A stretch of 64,000 bases of DNA from Nitrospirota bacterium (GCA_963845065.1 CAWJQQ010000009.1:448001-512000); one strand, 5' to 3'; counted from the stretch's first letter, positions 40,778-50,620 are shown. Translations and numbers: made by a program. Notes: generated from the letters alone by a model not told the origin.

Positions 40778-42364
40778 CTAATTAAATATATACGGCCCTT
40801 TCGTTACTACCGGCTGCGTCTCAAAATTTTCCGTCGGCGGTGGTGATGTGGTTTGCCATTCGAGCGACGCAGCCTCCCATGGATTATTGCCAGCCTTTTC
40901 TCCTGCGAAGAGCGAATGGACCAGGTTATAGAACATGATGATGAGCCCCATGGCAAGTATCCAGGACCCGATCGTTGAAACCAGATTAGGAGTGTTGAAT
41001 TTGGGAAGATAATCATAATAGCGTCGGGGCATGCCTTCCCACCCTAGGACGAACATGGAGAAGTAGAGCATGTTGAAACCGATGAAGAGAAAGACCCAAC
41101 CTAGTTTGGCGAGGTGCTCTTCGTACATCCTTCCAAACATCTTGGGGAACCAGTAGTGGAGGCCAGCGAAGAACCCCATGACTGCGCCGCCGAAAATCAC
41201 GTAGTGGAAGTGGGCTACGATAAAGTAGGTGCCGTGGACATGCACGTCCGTGGCAAGTGCCCCCTGCACTAGTCCGGTCAGACCACCGATGGAGAAAAGG
41301 AAGATGAACCCCAACGTGAACAGGAGTGGTGTATCCACCCTGATCGATCCCTTATACATGCTCGCGATCCAACTGAAGATCTTGACGCCGCTCGGTACGG
41401 CCACGAGGAAAGTGAGAAACGAAAAGACTATTCGTGCCGTGTCGCTCATACCGCTTGTGAACATATGGTGGCCCCAGACAAGGTAGCCCACGAAGGCGAT
41501 GGCAAGGCTCGATGCGGCAATGGCCGTGTAGCCGAAGATGTTCTTACGGCTGAACACAGGGATAATGTCGGTTACTACGCCCATGGCGGGCAGGATCATG
41601 ATGTACACTGCCGGGTGCGAGTAGATCCAAAACATGTGCTCGAAGAGGATCGGGTCGCCGCCCTTGGTCGGGTCAAAGAAGCCCACGCCGAAGAAGCGCT
41701 CGATGATGATGAGAAGCAGCGTGATGGCCAGGACCGGCGTGGCCAGGAGCTGGATCCATGACGTTGCGTAGATCGACCAGGTGAACAGGGTCATGCGCTT
41801 CCAGGTCATGCCGGGCGCCCGCAGGCGGTGGATCGTGGTCAGGAAATTCATGCCCGTGAGCGTGGACGACAGCCCAATCAAAAACACACCAAAGACCGCC
41901 AGTGAGATATTAGTCCCGGTCCTGATGCTGTAGGGAACGTAGAAGGTCCAGCCAGCATCCGGTGGTCCGCCGCCAGTAAAGAGTGATGTGACCGCACAGG
42001 CTGCGCCGCTCATGAAGAGCCACCATGAAAGGATGTTGATCTTCGGGAAGGCAACGTCGCGCGCTCCGATCTGGAGTGGCATGATGAAATTCCCCAGCGA
42101 CGCAGGGATGCCTGGAATGATAAAGAGGAATATCATGATCACACCGTGGAGCGTGAAGATTGCGTTGTAGGTCTGGGCGCTATAGAAGTGCATACCCGAG
42201 CGGATGAGCTCGAGCCGCATGGTTAGCCCCAACGACACGCCTACGGCAAAAAAGCTGAGCGTTGAAATGAGATAGAGCAGCCCAATCCTCTTGTGGTCCG
42301 TGGTGAATATCCAGCCGAAGAGACCGGGGTATCGGGTCGGAGCATTGTAGAAGCTTGTTTCCAT
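40778..42364 (-). CDS. coxA: Cytochrome c oxidase subunit I (A2 type)
   Basis: TDHKRIG, HGVIM, GWTFY, WIYSHPAVY, WGHH, AHFHY, GMPRRY. Confidence 0.97.
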   Translation of the reverse strand: METSFYNAPTRYPGLFGWIFTTDHKRIGLLYLISTLSFFAVGVSLGLTMRLELIRSGMHFYSAQTYNAIFTLHGVIMIFLFIIPGIPASLGNFIMPLQIGARDVAFPKINILSWWLFMSGAACAVTSLFTGGGPPDAGWTFYVPYSIRTGTNISLAVFGVFLIGLSSTLTGMNFLTTIHRLRAPGMTWKRMTLFTWSIYATSWIQLLATPVLAITLLLIIIERFFGVGFFDPTKGGDPILFEHMFWIYSHPAVYIMILPAMGVVTDIIPVFSRKNIFGYTAIAASSLAIAFVGYLVWGHHMFTSGMSDTARIVFSFLTFLVAVPSGVKIFSWIASMYKGSIRVDTPLLFTLGFIFLFSIGGLTGLVQGALATDVHVHGTYFIVAHFHYVIFGGAVMGFFAGLHYWFPKMFGRMYEEHLAKLGWVFLFIGFNMLYFSMFVLGWEGMPRRYYDYLPKFNTPNLVSTIGSWILAMGLIIMFYNLVHSLFAGEKAGNNPWEAASLEWQTTSPPPTENFETQPVVTKGPYIFN

Positions 42365-42430
42365 AGCGAGCGTACCGCCTTAAAGTCTTTTTTACAGTAG
42401 AGAGTTCGGAAGAAAAACCTGAAAAACAAT

Positions 42431-43225
42431 TCAGGGTGTTTGTTTTTTACGTGACGTGATCATGAGATATGCAAAGAACGAGCCTACGAACAGGACCATC
42501 GCGGTCCCGGTAACCTTCAGGATGTTGAACACGTAGGATTTCTTAAGTGGGTCATAACTGAAACAATATAGAAGCACCTTGTGTGTCGTGGAGCCTACTC
42601 TGCCTTCAGAGGCCTCATTTAGGGCCATCATGACTTCAAAGGGTAGAAACGTGGTGCCTTCAATATAGCGTACAATTTTGCCGCCAGGTGCGATCACAAC
42701 GAGGGTGACTGGATGAGAAAAATCATGCTCGCTATCGCGCTGGAACCTGAAACCAATGGAATCGGTGAACTTGTGTATGTTCACCCTATCGCCCGTGAGA
42801 AATTTCCATGCATCTTCAGGGAACGGCTTGCCCACCGCCTTTATGTAGTTGATCTTCTTGGCCCGTGCGATTGCCGGTGTATCGTTCTCGTCGAAACTGA
42901 GCGTGATGACCTGATAATCCTTGTCCGGTTTGGCTAGTTCGATTTTGCCGAGAACATCGGCAAGGCCGCTCAAGAGTAGTGGGCACTCGTGCGTGCAGCT
43001 AAGGTAGACGGGCGCGATGATCGTAGGTTTGTCGATCAGACCCTTGAGCAAGACGCGCTTGCCGTTCTCGTCGACGAAGGCAGCGTCAGGGGGAAGATAT
43101 TGACCTAGCTTTTCGTCGATCCCAACATCAGCACGCGTGGTAGTGGTCTCCTGTCCCCAGGAAATGTGCGGCAGCAGGAGCAGTGGCAGGAGGTAAATCA
43201 GTCTGAGCTTGCTTGAAGAGATCAA
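42431..43225 (-). CDS. SCO family copper chaperone
   Basis: CTHEC (CxxxC), FLTG, FSHP His, C-terminal TM. Confidence 0.9.
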   Translation of the reverse strand: MISSSKLRLIYLLPLLLLPHISWGQETTTTRADVGIDEKLGQYLPPDAAFVDENGKRVLLKGLIDKPTIIAPVYLSCTHECPLLLSGLADVLGKIELAKPDKDYQVITLSFDENDTPAIARAKKINYIKAVGKPFPEDAWKFLTGDRVNIHKFTDSIGFRFQRDSEHDFSHPVTLVVIAPGGKIVRYIEGTTFLPFEVMMALNEASEGRVGSTTHKVLLYCFSYDPLKKSYVFNILKVTGTAMVLFVGSFFAYLMITSRKKQTP

Positions 43226-43356
43226 TGTATCCTCTGATGGACTTGTAACAAGGGGTTAAGAACATCCTCGTATTTTCTGCGATTGTTGTAATAAGAATAG
43301 CGTAAACTGATGGGTAAAGTCAAGTGCACTGGGTCCGATGGTCATAAGTATAACAA

Positions 43357-44172
43357 TTGCAAAAAATGAAAGAAGTGGTATATACTATTCCCATGATCGT
43401 ATTTAAACAAACAGAGCAGTGCATGGTTTGCGGATCAGAGCTTGAATATTTACAACAATCAGAGTGCAGGGTGTGCACGTTCTGCGAAAAAAAGGAAGAG
43501 GGACACATTGCCTGTCCTCATGGCCATTTTGTCTGCGACACATGCCATGGGGCGGATGCGAGAAAAATGATTGAAAAGACTGTATTTTCGGCTCTGGACG
43601 CAGACCCCCTTGCTATTGCTGAACACATGCTCAGTCATCCGAGTCTCCCAATGCTTGGATGCGAACACGCTTTCATTGCCTCTGGGTCCCTCATGGCGGC
43701 GCTCAAAAACTCGCCTTACGGAAAGGGCAAGATCACGGATGATCATATTCGGGAGGCCTTTGCCCGGACAATGAAACAGGCTGTGGGCGGCTACTGCGGT
43801 CTTACCGGCGTGTGCGGAATCACGCCGGCCATCGGCTCCTGCTTTTCTCTCTTTCTGGGTGCGAGATGCGGTACGGACAGTGAGCAAAAGATCACGATGG
43901 ATGCCGCGATCAGGATATCGCAAGCCATATCCGCCGTGACCGGCCCGAGTTGCTGTAAGGCCTATGTGCGTGTGGCGCTCATGGAATCAGTTGCCATGTT
44001 GAGCGAGCGGCTCGGGGTCGTCCTGCCGGTCAAGAAAAGCACTGTCGTTTGCAGACACAGCGGCAAGCATCCCCACGGTTGTAGGGAAGAGAAATGCCCC
44101 TACTACGCGAGACCGGTAAAAGATATTTTTGCAGATGCGAAATTCATTCCTGGCACTGTCAGTACGTGCTGA
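43357..44172 (+). CDS. DUF5714 domain Cys-rich protein
   Basis: CMVCG, CTFC, CPHGHFVCDTCH, PMLGCEH, GGYCGLTGVCG, GPSCCK, C-terminal C..C.Y; start uncertain. Confidence 0.8.
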   Translation: MQKMKEVVYTIPMIVFKQTEQCMVCGSELEYLQQSECRVCTFCEKKEEGHIACPHGHFVCDTCHGADARKMIEKTVFSALDADPLAIAEHMLSHPSLPMLGCEHAFIASGSLMAALKNSPYGKGKITDDHIREAFARTMKQAVGGYCGLTGVCGITPAIGSCFSLFLGARCGTDSEQKITMDAAIRISQAISAVTGPSCCKAYVRVALMESVAMLSERLGVVLPVKKSTVVCRHSGKHPHGCREEKCPYYARPVKDIFADAKFIPGTVSTC

Positions 44173-44326
44173 AAACCATAATACCGTCCGGTCGGACGAA
44201 ATTTTTTTTCTGTAATGGTCCGAGAGAAGATCGCAAAAAATGACGTTGAAAGAAAGATGTCCTTCCGAGTTGCGTATTTTTGTCACGGCTTAAAGATAAC
44301 ACTCGATACTATAACACGTTTACTTT

Positions 44327-45091
44327 ATGGCACCTGTGCAGAACTATATCAGCAACTGTCCTAATTGTAGCCGCACCATCGAGGAAGACCGCTACGTCAT
44401 AAGGCCGGACGGGACCTTTCGCTGCGAACACTGCTATTTCAACGACACCTATCTTGAAGGAGTAGTCCACTTTATCGATACGGCGTACCTCGTGACTCTC
44501 GAGGCGTTCGTGAGTGCCATCGACGCGAGGGAGCACGAAGTGGGGAACCATTCCCTCCGTGTGACGGAGTATTCCCTCATCATTGCAAACGCGTGCGACG
44601 TTCGGGGACGGGAACTTGTTGACCTCTACTGCGGCGCTCTGCTTCACGATATCGGCAAGATCGGGATTCCCGATGAGATACTTCATAAGGTCGGGCCGTT
44701 GAATGCAGATGAACAGGCAATAATGCGCACCCACCCCGAAATTGGCTACCGCATCATCGGGCGCATTGGTTATTTCGCACCCTCTGCAGAGATCATCCTT
44801 AGCCATCACGAGCACTTCGACGGTTCCGGCTATCCACGCGGCCTCAAGGGAGAAGCCATACCACATGGGACTAGGGTCTTTGCCGTGGCCGACGCTCTAG
44901 ATGCTTTGACGGTAAAACGATCGTATCACGAGGCCCGCACCTTTGAAGATGCTTTCGATGAGATTATCAAAGCCACCGGTAAAGTCTACGATCCAGCAGT
45001 GGTTCAGTCGGCACTCAAAGCATCCGATGAACTTAAGGACTTCATAGGCAGGATTGTGATCGACGGCATGGACCAAAGGAAGGGTAACTAA
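44327..45091 (+). CDS. HD-GYP phosphodiesterase with N-terminal Zn ribbon
   Basis: CPNC...CEHC; HSLRV, LLHDIGKIG, HHEHFDGSGYP, AVADALDA. Confidence 0.92.
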   Translation: MAPVQNYISNCPNCSRTIEEDRYVIRPDGTFRCEHCYFNDTYLEGVVHFIDTAYLVTLEAFVSAIDAREHEVGNHSLRVTEYSLIIANACDVRGRELVDLYCGALLHDIGKIGIPDEILHKVGPLNADEQAIMRTHPEIGYRIIGRIGYFAPSAEIILSHHEHFDGSGYPRGLKGEAIPHGTRVFAVADALDALTVKRSYHEARTFEDAFDEIIKATGKVYDPAVVQSALKASDELKDFIGRIVIDGMDQRKGN

Positions 45092-45183
45092 CCTGTTCCC
45101 GACAATGATCCTTTTCTCAAGGGTCGTTTTTCACCACTCCACATAACCAACTCGCAAAATTCGTATTGTAGCTTTCAATTTGC

Positions 45184-45295
45184 CCGTTCCTCAAACCATA
45201 GCTTTTTATCTCACCGGCTATTATGGCAGCCGAACAGTACTGCCGTCATAATACATGAGGGCATTGCATGCTGGTTCATACAAGCCCCTTTTTAG
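45184..45295 (-). ncRNA. Orphan IS607 right end / putative TnpB omegaRNA copy
   Basis: Collinear (offset 10476) with 34708-34815: blocks CCGTTCCT, GGCAGCCGAACAGT, TGAGGG, TTCAYACAAGC. Confidence 0.7.
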
Positions 45296-45590
45296 ATTGT
45301 TGATGGATTCACGAATGGCGGCTTATCGATGTTGCGGGTAGGTGGCAGGGCGATCGAGCTCTCGACCTTGATAATGAATGTGTTTGTGGTCTAGACCAGC
45401 CTGTCGCGCACTGTAAATATCACCTTCTTTTAGAGCCTGTATTGGTTATCATGCACCCGCTATCCCCCTTATTTTTACGTATGAGCAACTCTCGTGTAGT
45501 TTCTACACAGCATTAATGGCAGCTCTGGAAGTTCCATTCACATGGGCCTAAAGCAATAATTTGAGATTACTTGGTAGGCAGAAATAGAAT

Positions 45591-45620
45591 TTGACACCAG
45601 TGGTGGCGAGTGTTATAGAT
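45591..45620 (+). promoter_or_regulatory. Sigma70-type promoter upstream of the riboswitch/CBS gene
   Basis: TTGACA (45591-45596), 17 nt spacer, TATAGA with upstream TG. Confidence 0.5.
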
Positions 45621-45640
45621 TAAATCAGTTAAAAATAAAG

Positions 45641-45728
45641 TGGCTCACAAATGCAAAATCCTTTGTGAGAAGGCGAGGAAAGCGGCGAGTCTTTCCTGGG
45701 GGAGAAGGCCGAGCTGCCGAAGGATACA
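45641..45728 (+). promoter_or_regulatory. Cyclic-di-GMP-I (GEMM-I)-like riboswitch
   Basis: GCAAAATCC, CCTTT-GTGA-GAAGG stem with GYRA loop, GAGGAAAGC, GAGTCT...GGCCGAGCTGCCGAA; somewhat degenerate. Confidence 0.65.
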
Positions 45729-45760
45729 ACCTTAGGTAAGCCCGGCTTTTTTTATTTTTT
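45708..45760 (+). terminator. Intrinsic terminator overlapping the riboswitch 3' strand
   Basis: GCCGAGCT...AGCCCGGC stem followed by TTTTTTTATTTTTT. Confidence 0.65.
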
Positions 45761-45789
45761 ATTAAACTCTGATGTGAATGAAGGAGGTA

Positions 45790-46248
45790 ATGCATATGTA
45801 TACTGCAATTACGGTCAGTCAGGTGCTGCGAAAGAAAGGTCATAGTTTTATGACAATCGGTCCCTATGCCTCGGCATTTGAAGCTCTTGAGATCATGGCG
45901 GAAAAGAACGTCGGTGCGCTTCTCGTCGTGGAAAACGGGAGACTGATCGGCGTATTTTCGGAACGGGATTATGCTCGGAAGGTTATCCTGAAGGGGAAGG
46001 CGTCTAAGGATACTCGCGTGAGAGAGATTATGAGCACTTCTCTGGTTACAGTCAGTCTGATGACGTCTTTGCGGGACTGCATGGTGCTCATGACGGGAAA
46101 GCATGTCCGTCATTTGCCGGTTATCGATAATGGCGCACTCATGGGCGTCCTAAGCATGCGTGATGTGGTGAATACTATTATCTCTGATCAGGAATCCACG
46201 ATTGAAGAACTTGAAGAATATATCGCCGGGACGGGCTATCTGGCATAG
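45790..46248 (+). CDS. Tandem CBS domain protein
   Basis: MAEKNVGALLV, GVFSERDYARKV, VRHLPV, GVLSMRDVV; AAGGAGG SD. Confidence 0.93.
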   Translation: MHMYTAITVSQVLRKKGHSFMTIGPYASAFEALEIMAEKNVGALLVVENGRLIGVFSERDYARKVILKGKASKDTRVREIMSTSLVTVSLMTSLRDCMVLMTGKHVRHLPVIDNGALMGVLSMRDVVNTIISDQESTIEELEEYIAGTGYLA

Positions 46249-46804
46249 CTGATGATCCGTGTACGCCAGCGAATCGTGTCTTTTTTTCTAGGCAGGAAAA
46301 GCAGTGTGGAAATATGAAATTGCCGTAATAAAGCGGTTGGTGGTGTGCAAGCGATAGCTATACATGAACATCACCAAACGTGAGATTCGAAGAGCGCGAC
46401 GTTCGTGTTGTACGCTCTTCGATCCTTCCGTTCTGCTTTGAAAAGAAGCCCCTCTCGCAGCGGCAACACGTTTGCGCATATGGTGTGGATGCGCAGTGCG
46501 ATCTGTATTCCGCATTTCTCGCAAAGTACTTTTTCGATGATGTCCTCAACACGCGCCAGGCTCTAGGAACCTGGCCGGGTGCAAACCTGCTCCTGGAACA
46601 GGTGGTGTTGAGGCTGCAGCAGGAAGCGGCGATAGGTCGGACTCATCCGGCCAGCTTCGGTCTCGCGCGAGCAATGAAGGAGCAATGAAGGTAAGAATAA
46701 GCGTAGACCGGAGACAGAGCTGCTCGCCCGCTAAAGACGCATCAACGATAGTCGAGGCTGGCAATGTTTGTGTCGTTGCCAGAGAGACTGTCAGTATTAC
46801 CGTC

Positions 46805-46838
46805 AGAACCCCCTAGTTTTAACTATGGGGAGTGGTCA
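46805..46838 (+). mobile_element. Solo IS200/IS605-like right-end hairpin relic
   Basis: AGAACCCCCTAGTTTTAACTATGGGGAGTGGTCA; stem CCCC-TAGTT / AACTA-GGGG. Confidence 0.6.
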
Positions 46839-46962
46839 GCTTTATTTCCAGCACGCCGCAGTGCGCTCCTTTGTGCTGGATCCGCAATATCAACGGCAGG
46901 CTTGTTGCATGGTAATAACATCAAACGGTGTAAACTATCTCCTAAGTACACACGTCCAAGCA

Positions 46963-48306
46963 TTAACGCTTCCGCATCCTGGCTAGATATTTTAACAGTA
47001 TTGCGCTCACACTTTTTGGCCGAGGCTGAAAGTCCACTTGGCCTACATCCCGTATCTCGCTGCCTTTGTCCACCGTGAGCGACGACGACTTTGCCAGCGA
47101 CAGGATCTGGCTCGGGTATACGCTCCGATGGCCGGTCATGAGAAAGCTGATAACGCAGGCCACAGCGGCATAGGGAGCGATCTGCGGTCCAAAAAGCTCG
47201 ATCGCCATTATGCTTGCTGAAATCGGAGTGTTAGCCGCGCCGGCGAGCACACTGACCATACCGATAGCTGAAAACAGCGCCATGTTGAAACCGAGGACAC
47301 TTCCGAAAACGCTGCCCGCTGTCGCGCCGACGAAAAAGATAGGCGTTACAATACCGCCGCTTCCGCCAAAACTGAGCGTGATCGCAGTAAACAATGCCTT
47401 TATCAGAAATGAGCCGCTAGGGACCGATCCGCCCTGCAGCACACTCATTATCGTATCAAGGCCGAGGCCAAGATAGCGCGTTGAAAACAGCCATGTGAGA
47501 ATAATGAGGGCAAAGCCACCGATAAGGCCTTTCAGAGGTTTCGACATCTTAACCCGATGGCTTAGCCTCTCGAAAAGGCTGATCATTTCGATGAGGGTAA
47601 GCGAACAGAGACCGAAAAACAGTCCTGCCAGGCATATCTTAAGGAAGAAATAGCTGCTGAAAGCAGGTACGATGCAGACGGCTTCATGAAAGTACGTGAT
47701 TCCCAACGTGGTCGACACCTGATAACCGACGATGCCTGCCACAAACGACGGGAGGAGCACATCATAGAGCATAGTCCCGACGAACAATACCTCAACACCG
47801 AAAAGCGCGCCCGCTATGGGCGTACCAAAGACTGTTGCGAAGCCGGCGCTGATGCCGCAGATGACCAGTTTTTTCCTGTCCTGGTCGTTGAATCGCAGAA
47901 GCCCCGAAAAGGCCGATGCGAGAGCCGCACCAATCTGGGCAGCGGGGCCTTCTTTGCCCGCCGATCCGCCGAAGGCGATCGTTATAATCGTAGCTACAAG
48001 TTTTACCGGCACGACTGCCAGTTTCATTTTGCCCGAGTGCCTGTGCACTGCCTCAATGATCTTTTCTGTGCCGTGACCCTCGGCATCGGGCGCGAAGACC
48101 TTCACGATAAGGGCGCTCAGGAACAGGGCCGCCGGAATAAGAAGAAAATAATAGTGATGCCGCGCTGTGGTGGAGATTCCTAGGCTGAGTAGTTTCAAGA
48201 ACACCGATGTCGAGATACCGACGAGGATGCCGACACATGTTGCCAGGAACAACCACTTCACGATGCTGATAAAGAGAACGGATCCTTCTACAACTTTTTT
48301 TCTCAT
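46963..48306 (-). CDS. CLC family chloride/anion channel or antiporter
   Basis: GGSAGKEGP, GISAGFATVFGTPIAG, YLGLG, GGIVTPIF, AANTP. Confidence 0.93.
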   Translation of the reverse strand: MRKKVVEGSVLFISIVKWLFLATCVGILVGISTSVFLKLLSLGISTTARHHYYFLLIPAALFLSALIVKVFAPDAEGHGTEKIIEAVHRHSGKMKLAVVPVKLVATIITIAFGGSAGKEGPAAQIGAALASAFSGLLRFNDQDRKKLVICGISAGFATVFGTPIAGALFGVEVLFVGTMLYDVLLPSFVAGIVGYQVSTTLGITYFHEAVCIVPAFSSYFFLKICLAGLFFGLCSLTLIEMISLFERLSHRVKMSKPLKGLIGGFALIILTWLFSTRYLGLGLDTIMSVLQGGSVPSGSFLIKALFTAITLSFGGSGGIVTPIFFVGATAGSVFGSVLGFNMALFSAIGMVSVLAGAANTPISASIMAIELFGPQIAPYAAVACVISFLMTGHRSVYPSQILSLAKSSSLTVDKGSEIRDVGQVDFQPRPKSVSAILLKYLARMRKR

Positions 48307-48718
48307 AATATATTACCCACACTCAATTCTGTCAGATACGTCTCTTCCCTCCCACATTCGTCTATCGGTAATAACGTATGAAATGATATGCTGGCATATC
48401 AACTTCTTTTTAATTTATATTGTCAAAGTGAATACATTGCCTTTAAAATGAAAGGGTGCCGAAGGACCCATGAGGTTTCCGGCACCTAAAAAGTGATACA
48501 GAGTTGCATCTGCCGGACTTGTCTTTAGCTCCGCGAAAGAAATCCTGAAAGGACCGGTCAACGCGAAACAAAATATTCTGCATGACTTGAGAGTGGATGC
48601 CATCGGGACGTTTTTTGTCGTTCTTAAGGATCTCTTGCTATCGTATCCGGGTAAGCCCCTTGCCAGTATTTTCAAAAGCGTTTTTTCCTTCTACGATACA
48701 TGAATTATAGAGTATCCG

Positions 48719-48760
48719 ACAGGCATTAAGGTTTGAATGAGAATCAATGCCTGTTTTTTT
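48719..48760 (+). terminator. Rho-independent terminator-like hairpin
   Basis: ACAGGCATT...AATGCCTGT followed by a T run. Confidence 0.5.
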
Positions 48761-48794
48761 GTAGGATAGAGACGGTATTTATAATTTATAAAAC

Positions 48795-50300
48795 CTGTCC
48801 TTGAATACCCAGCAGTTCTACTGCTGGGATGAAAAGGACAATCCTGACGAAGCCCGTCAGATCAAAATATTCGACTACCTCCAGTTCGCCAAAGCGCTTC
48901 AGGAAAAAGTCCGGGAGAATGCTGAGCGTATCGCCAAGGAGAACGGTACTGAGATCGAGTTCATTCGTAAGCTCAATGCGTTCTGTAAAGAGGCCCGGAT
49001 CAAGGACATCATCAAAAAGCGTGGCGAACAACCCGGCCCTGTTCATGTCTTCTCGGCCATGGAAGCCTGCACGAGATATAAGCCCTGGCATGACAAGAAG
49101 GCCGGAAAAACCTTTCTCAAGTACGATTCTGGCAAAGGCCTTCACTATTACTTCTACTTCATCGACAAAACGTTTGGCCTGTGCTACCTTCGCGTTCCCA
49201 CCTGGACTCCATTCCGGCTCTAGTTCTATATGAACGGCCACAACTGGCTGGCATAAAAACTGGACAAGAAGAAGATACATTACGACATGCGCGAGAACGC
49301 CTTTCTCTCTATCGATAATTTCGCCAAGGCGCAAGAGCTTTCCGTTAGCATCAAGGTCTCGGATTTACACCGAGCCCTGGATGGCTTCGCCCGGAAATAC
49401 TGCCCGGTCGGAAAAGAGTACAGTCTTACCTACCACAGGAGCACCATGCAGGTGGAATATGCCACCGACATTGTTTCCAAAAAACAATCAGACCTTTGCG
49501 CCTTGTACGAGCAAATCGTTCGAACCGCCATTTACTCTGTGAAACCGGAGAATATCGCAACCTTTCTAGGCCGAAAGCTTCACGGCAACTATCAGGGCGA
49601 CATGGGTAACAATTTCAACACCCGAATTCAGGGAACACGGATCAAGCACCATATGGGCGCTTCATCCATTAAAATGTACGACAAGTTCGGAAGCATCCTC
49701 CGGATCGAGACCACGACCAATGACGTCTCGGAGTCCAAACACTATCGGGAAGTCCAGTCGCGGACCGGAAACCCCGTCCACAAGAACGCACCCATGAAGA
49801 AGAACATCAACAGCCTGTTTGATCTCACGGCGATCTTCAAGGCCTCGAACCGCCGCAATCTTGAGTTCATCTCCACGTTCGATGACCAAAGCCAGGGGAT
49901 CAAAAATCTCGAAAGAATCTCAAAGCCCGTGGGCGTCGATGACCGTTTTTATAAAGGGTTCAATCTCTTCAGTGATGATGATCTCAAATTGTTTGAAGTC
50001 CTGGCCCGCAGTGAGTTCAACATCAATGGACTTCAGAACAGGTCTCTGCAAAAACAACTACCTACAATGAAGCAGCGCAATGACGAGAATTCTGAAACGT
50101 CTTCACGTCCACGGCATTATTCGTAAAGTCGGGAAAACATACAAGTACTATGTCCCAAAGCTTGGCAAGGCTGTTTTCACCGCGGGTTTGGCCATCAGAA
50201 ATATGTCCGTAATCCCGCAATTAGCGCATGTTTGAGACATATTTAGTAATAAGTTCTACCCAGTTTGAGAAGATTTTGATTTCTTAGTTACTAAATGATA
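48795..50300 (+). pseudogene. Decayed unclassified IS-like element (transposase-like protein with C-terminal wHTH)
   Basis: Continuous protein GTEIEFIRK...HVFSAMEAC..YKPWHDK...HYYFYFID..FGLCYLRVPTW.PFRL..NGH...QVEYATDIV...IKMYDK..LRIETT...Y.GFN...HGII.KV...YKYY; stops at 49221 and 49254, frameshift near 50070, 5' truncated. Confidence 0.75.
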
Positions 50301-50620
50301 GCACGTGGGTCAAATCTTGTAAAAAAATTATGCCTTTCATCCTTTCCCTTACGGAAGGGGAATCCCCGGCGATAAGTTAGAAGTATCTGATTTTAATTTA
50401 TGCAGAACAAATATTTAGCCTATGATAATCATTTTTGCTTCTTTCTCACATATTGGTATATAATAAATGCAGTATTATAGACACTATGGCTCGCATTTGG
50501 TTTAATCGAGCGTTACTTTCTATTTGTATTCCATATTGTATGTATTACAATAGTTTGTATGCAAAATTTGTTAGCACTTTCTTTCTGCTTTGTCAAGGCA
50601 ATTGTAAGGAGGTTTAAGTC

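Noticed and set aside
41560..41850. GC-richer patch in coxA suggesting recombination
   Set aside because: Visual impression only; could reflect codon bias. It needs a GC3 calculation.
43226..43356. FNR box upstream of the oxidase operon
   Set aside because: No acceptable TTGAT-N4-ATCAA match.
46288..46790. ORFs 46380-46688 (+) and overlapping minus-strand ORFs
   Set aside because: No recognisable family or convincing start; possibly a decayed gene.
48310..48790. Fluoride or other riboswitch upstream of the CLC gene
   Set aside because: No GGxGAUG...GCUxAUGAxxCCU pattern; only terminator-like hairpins (48455-48487, 48719-48760).
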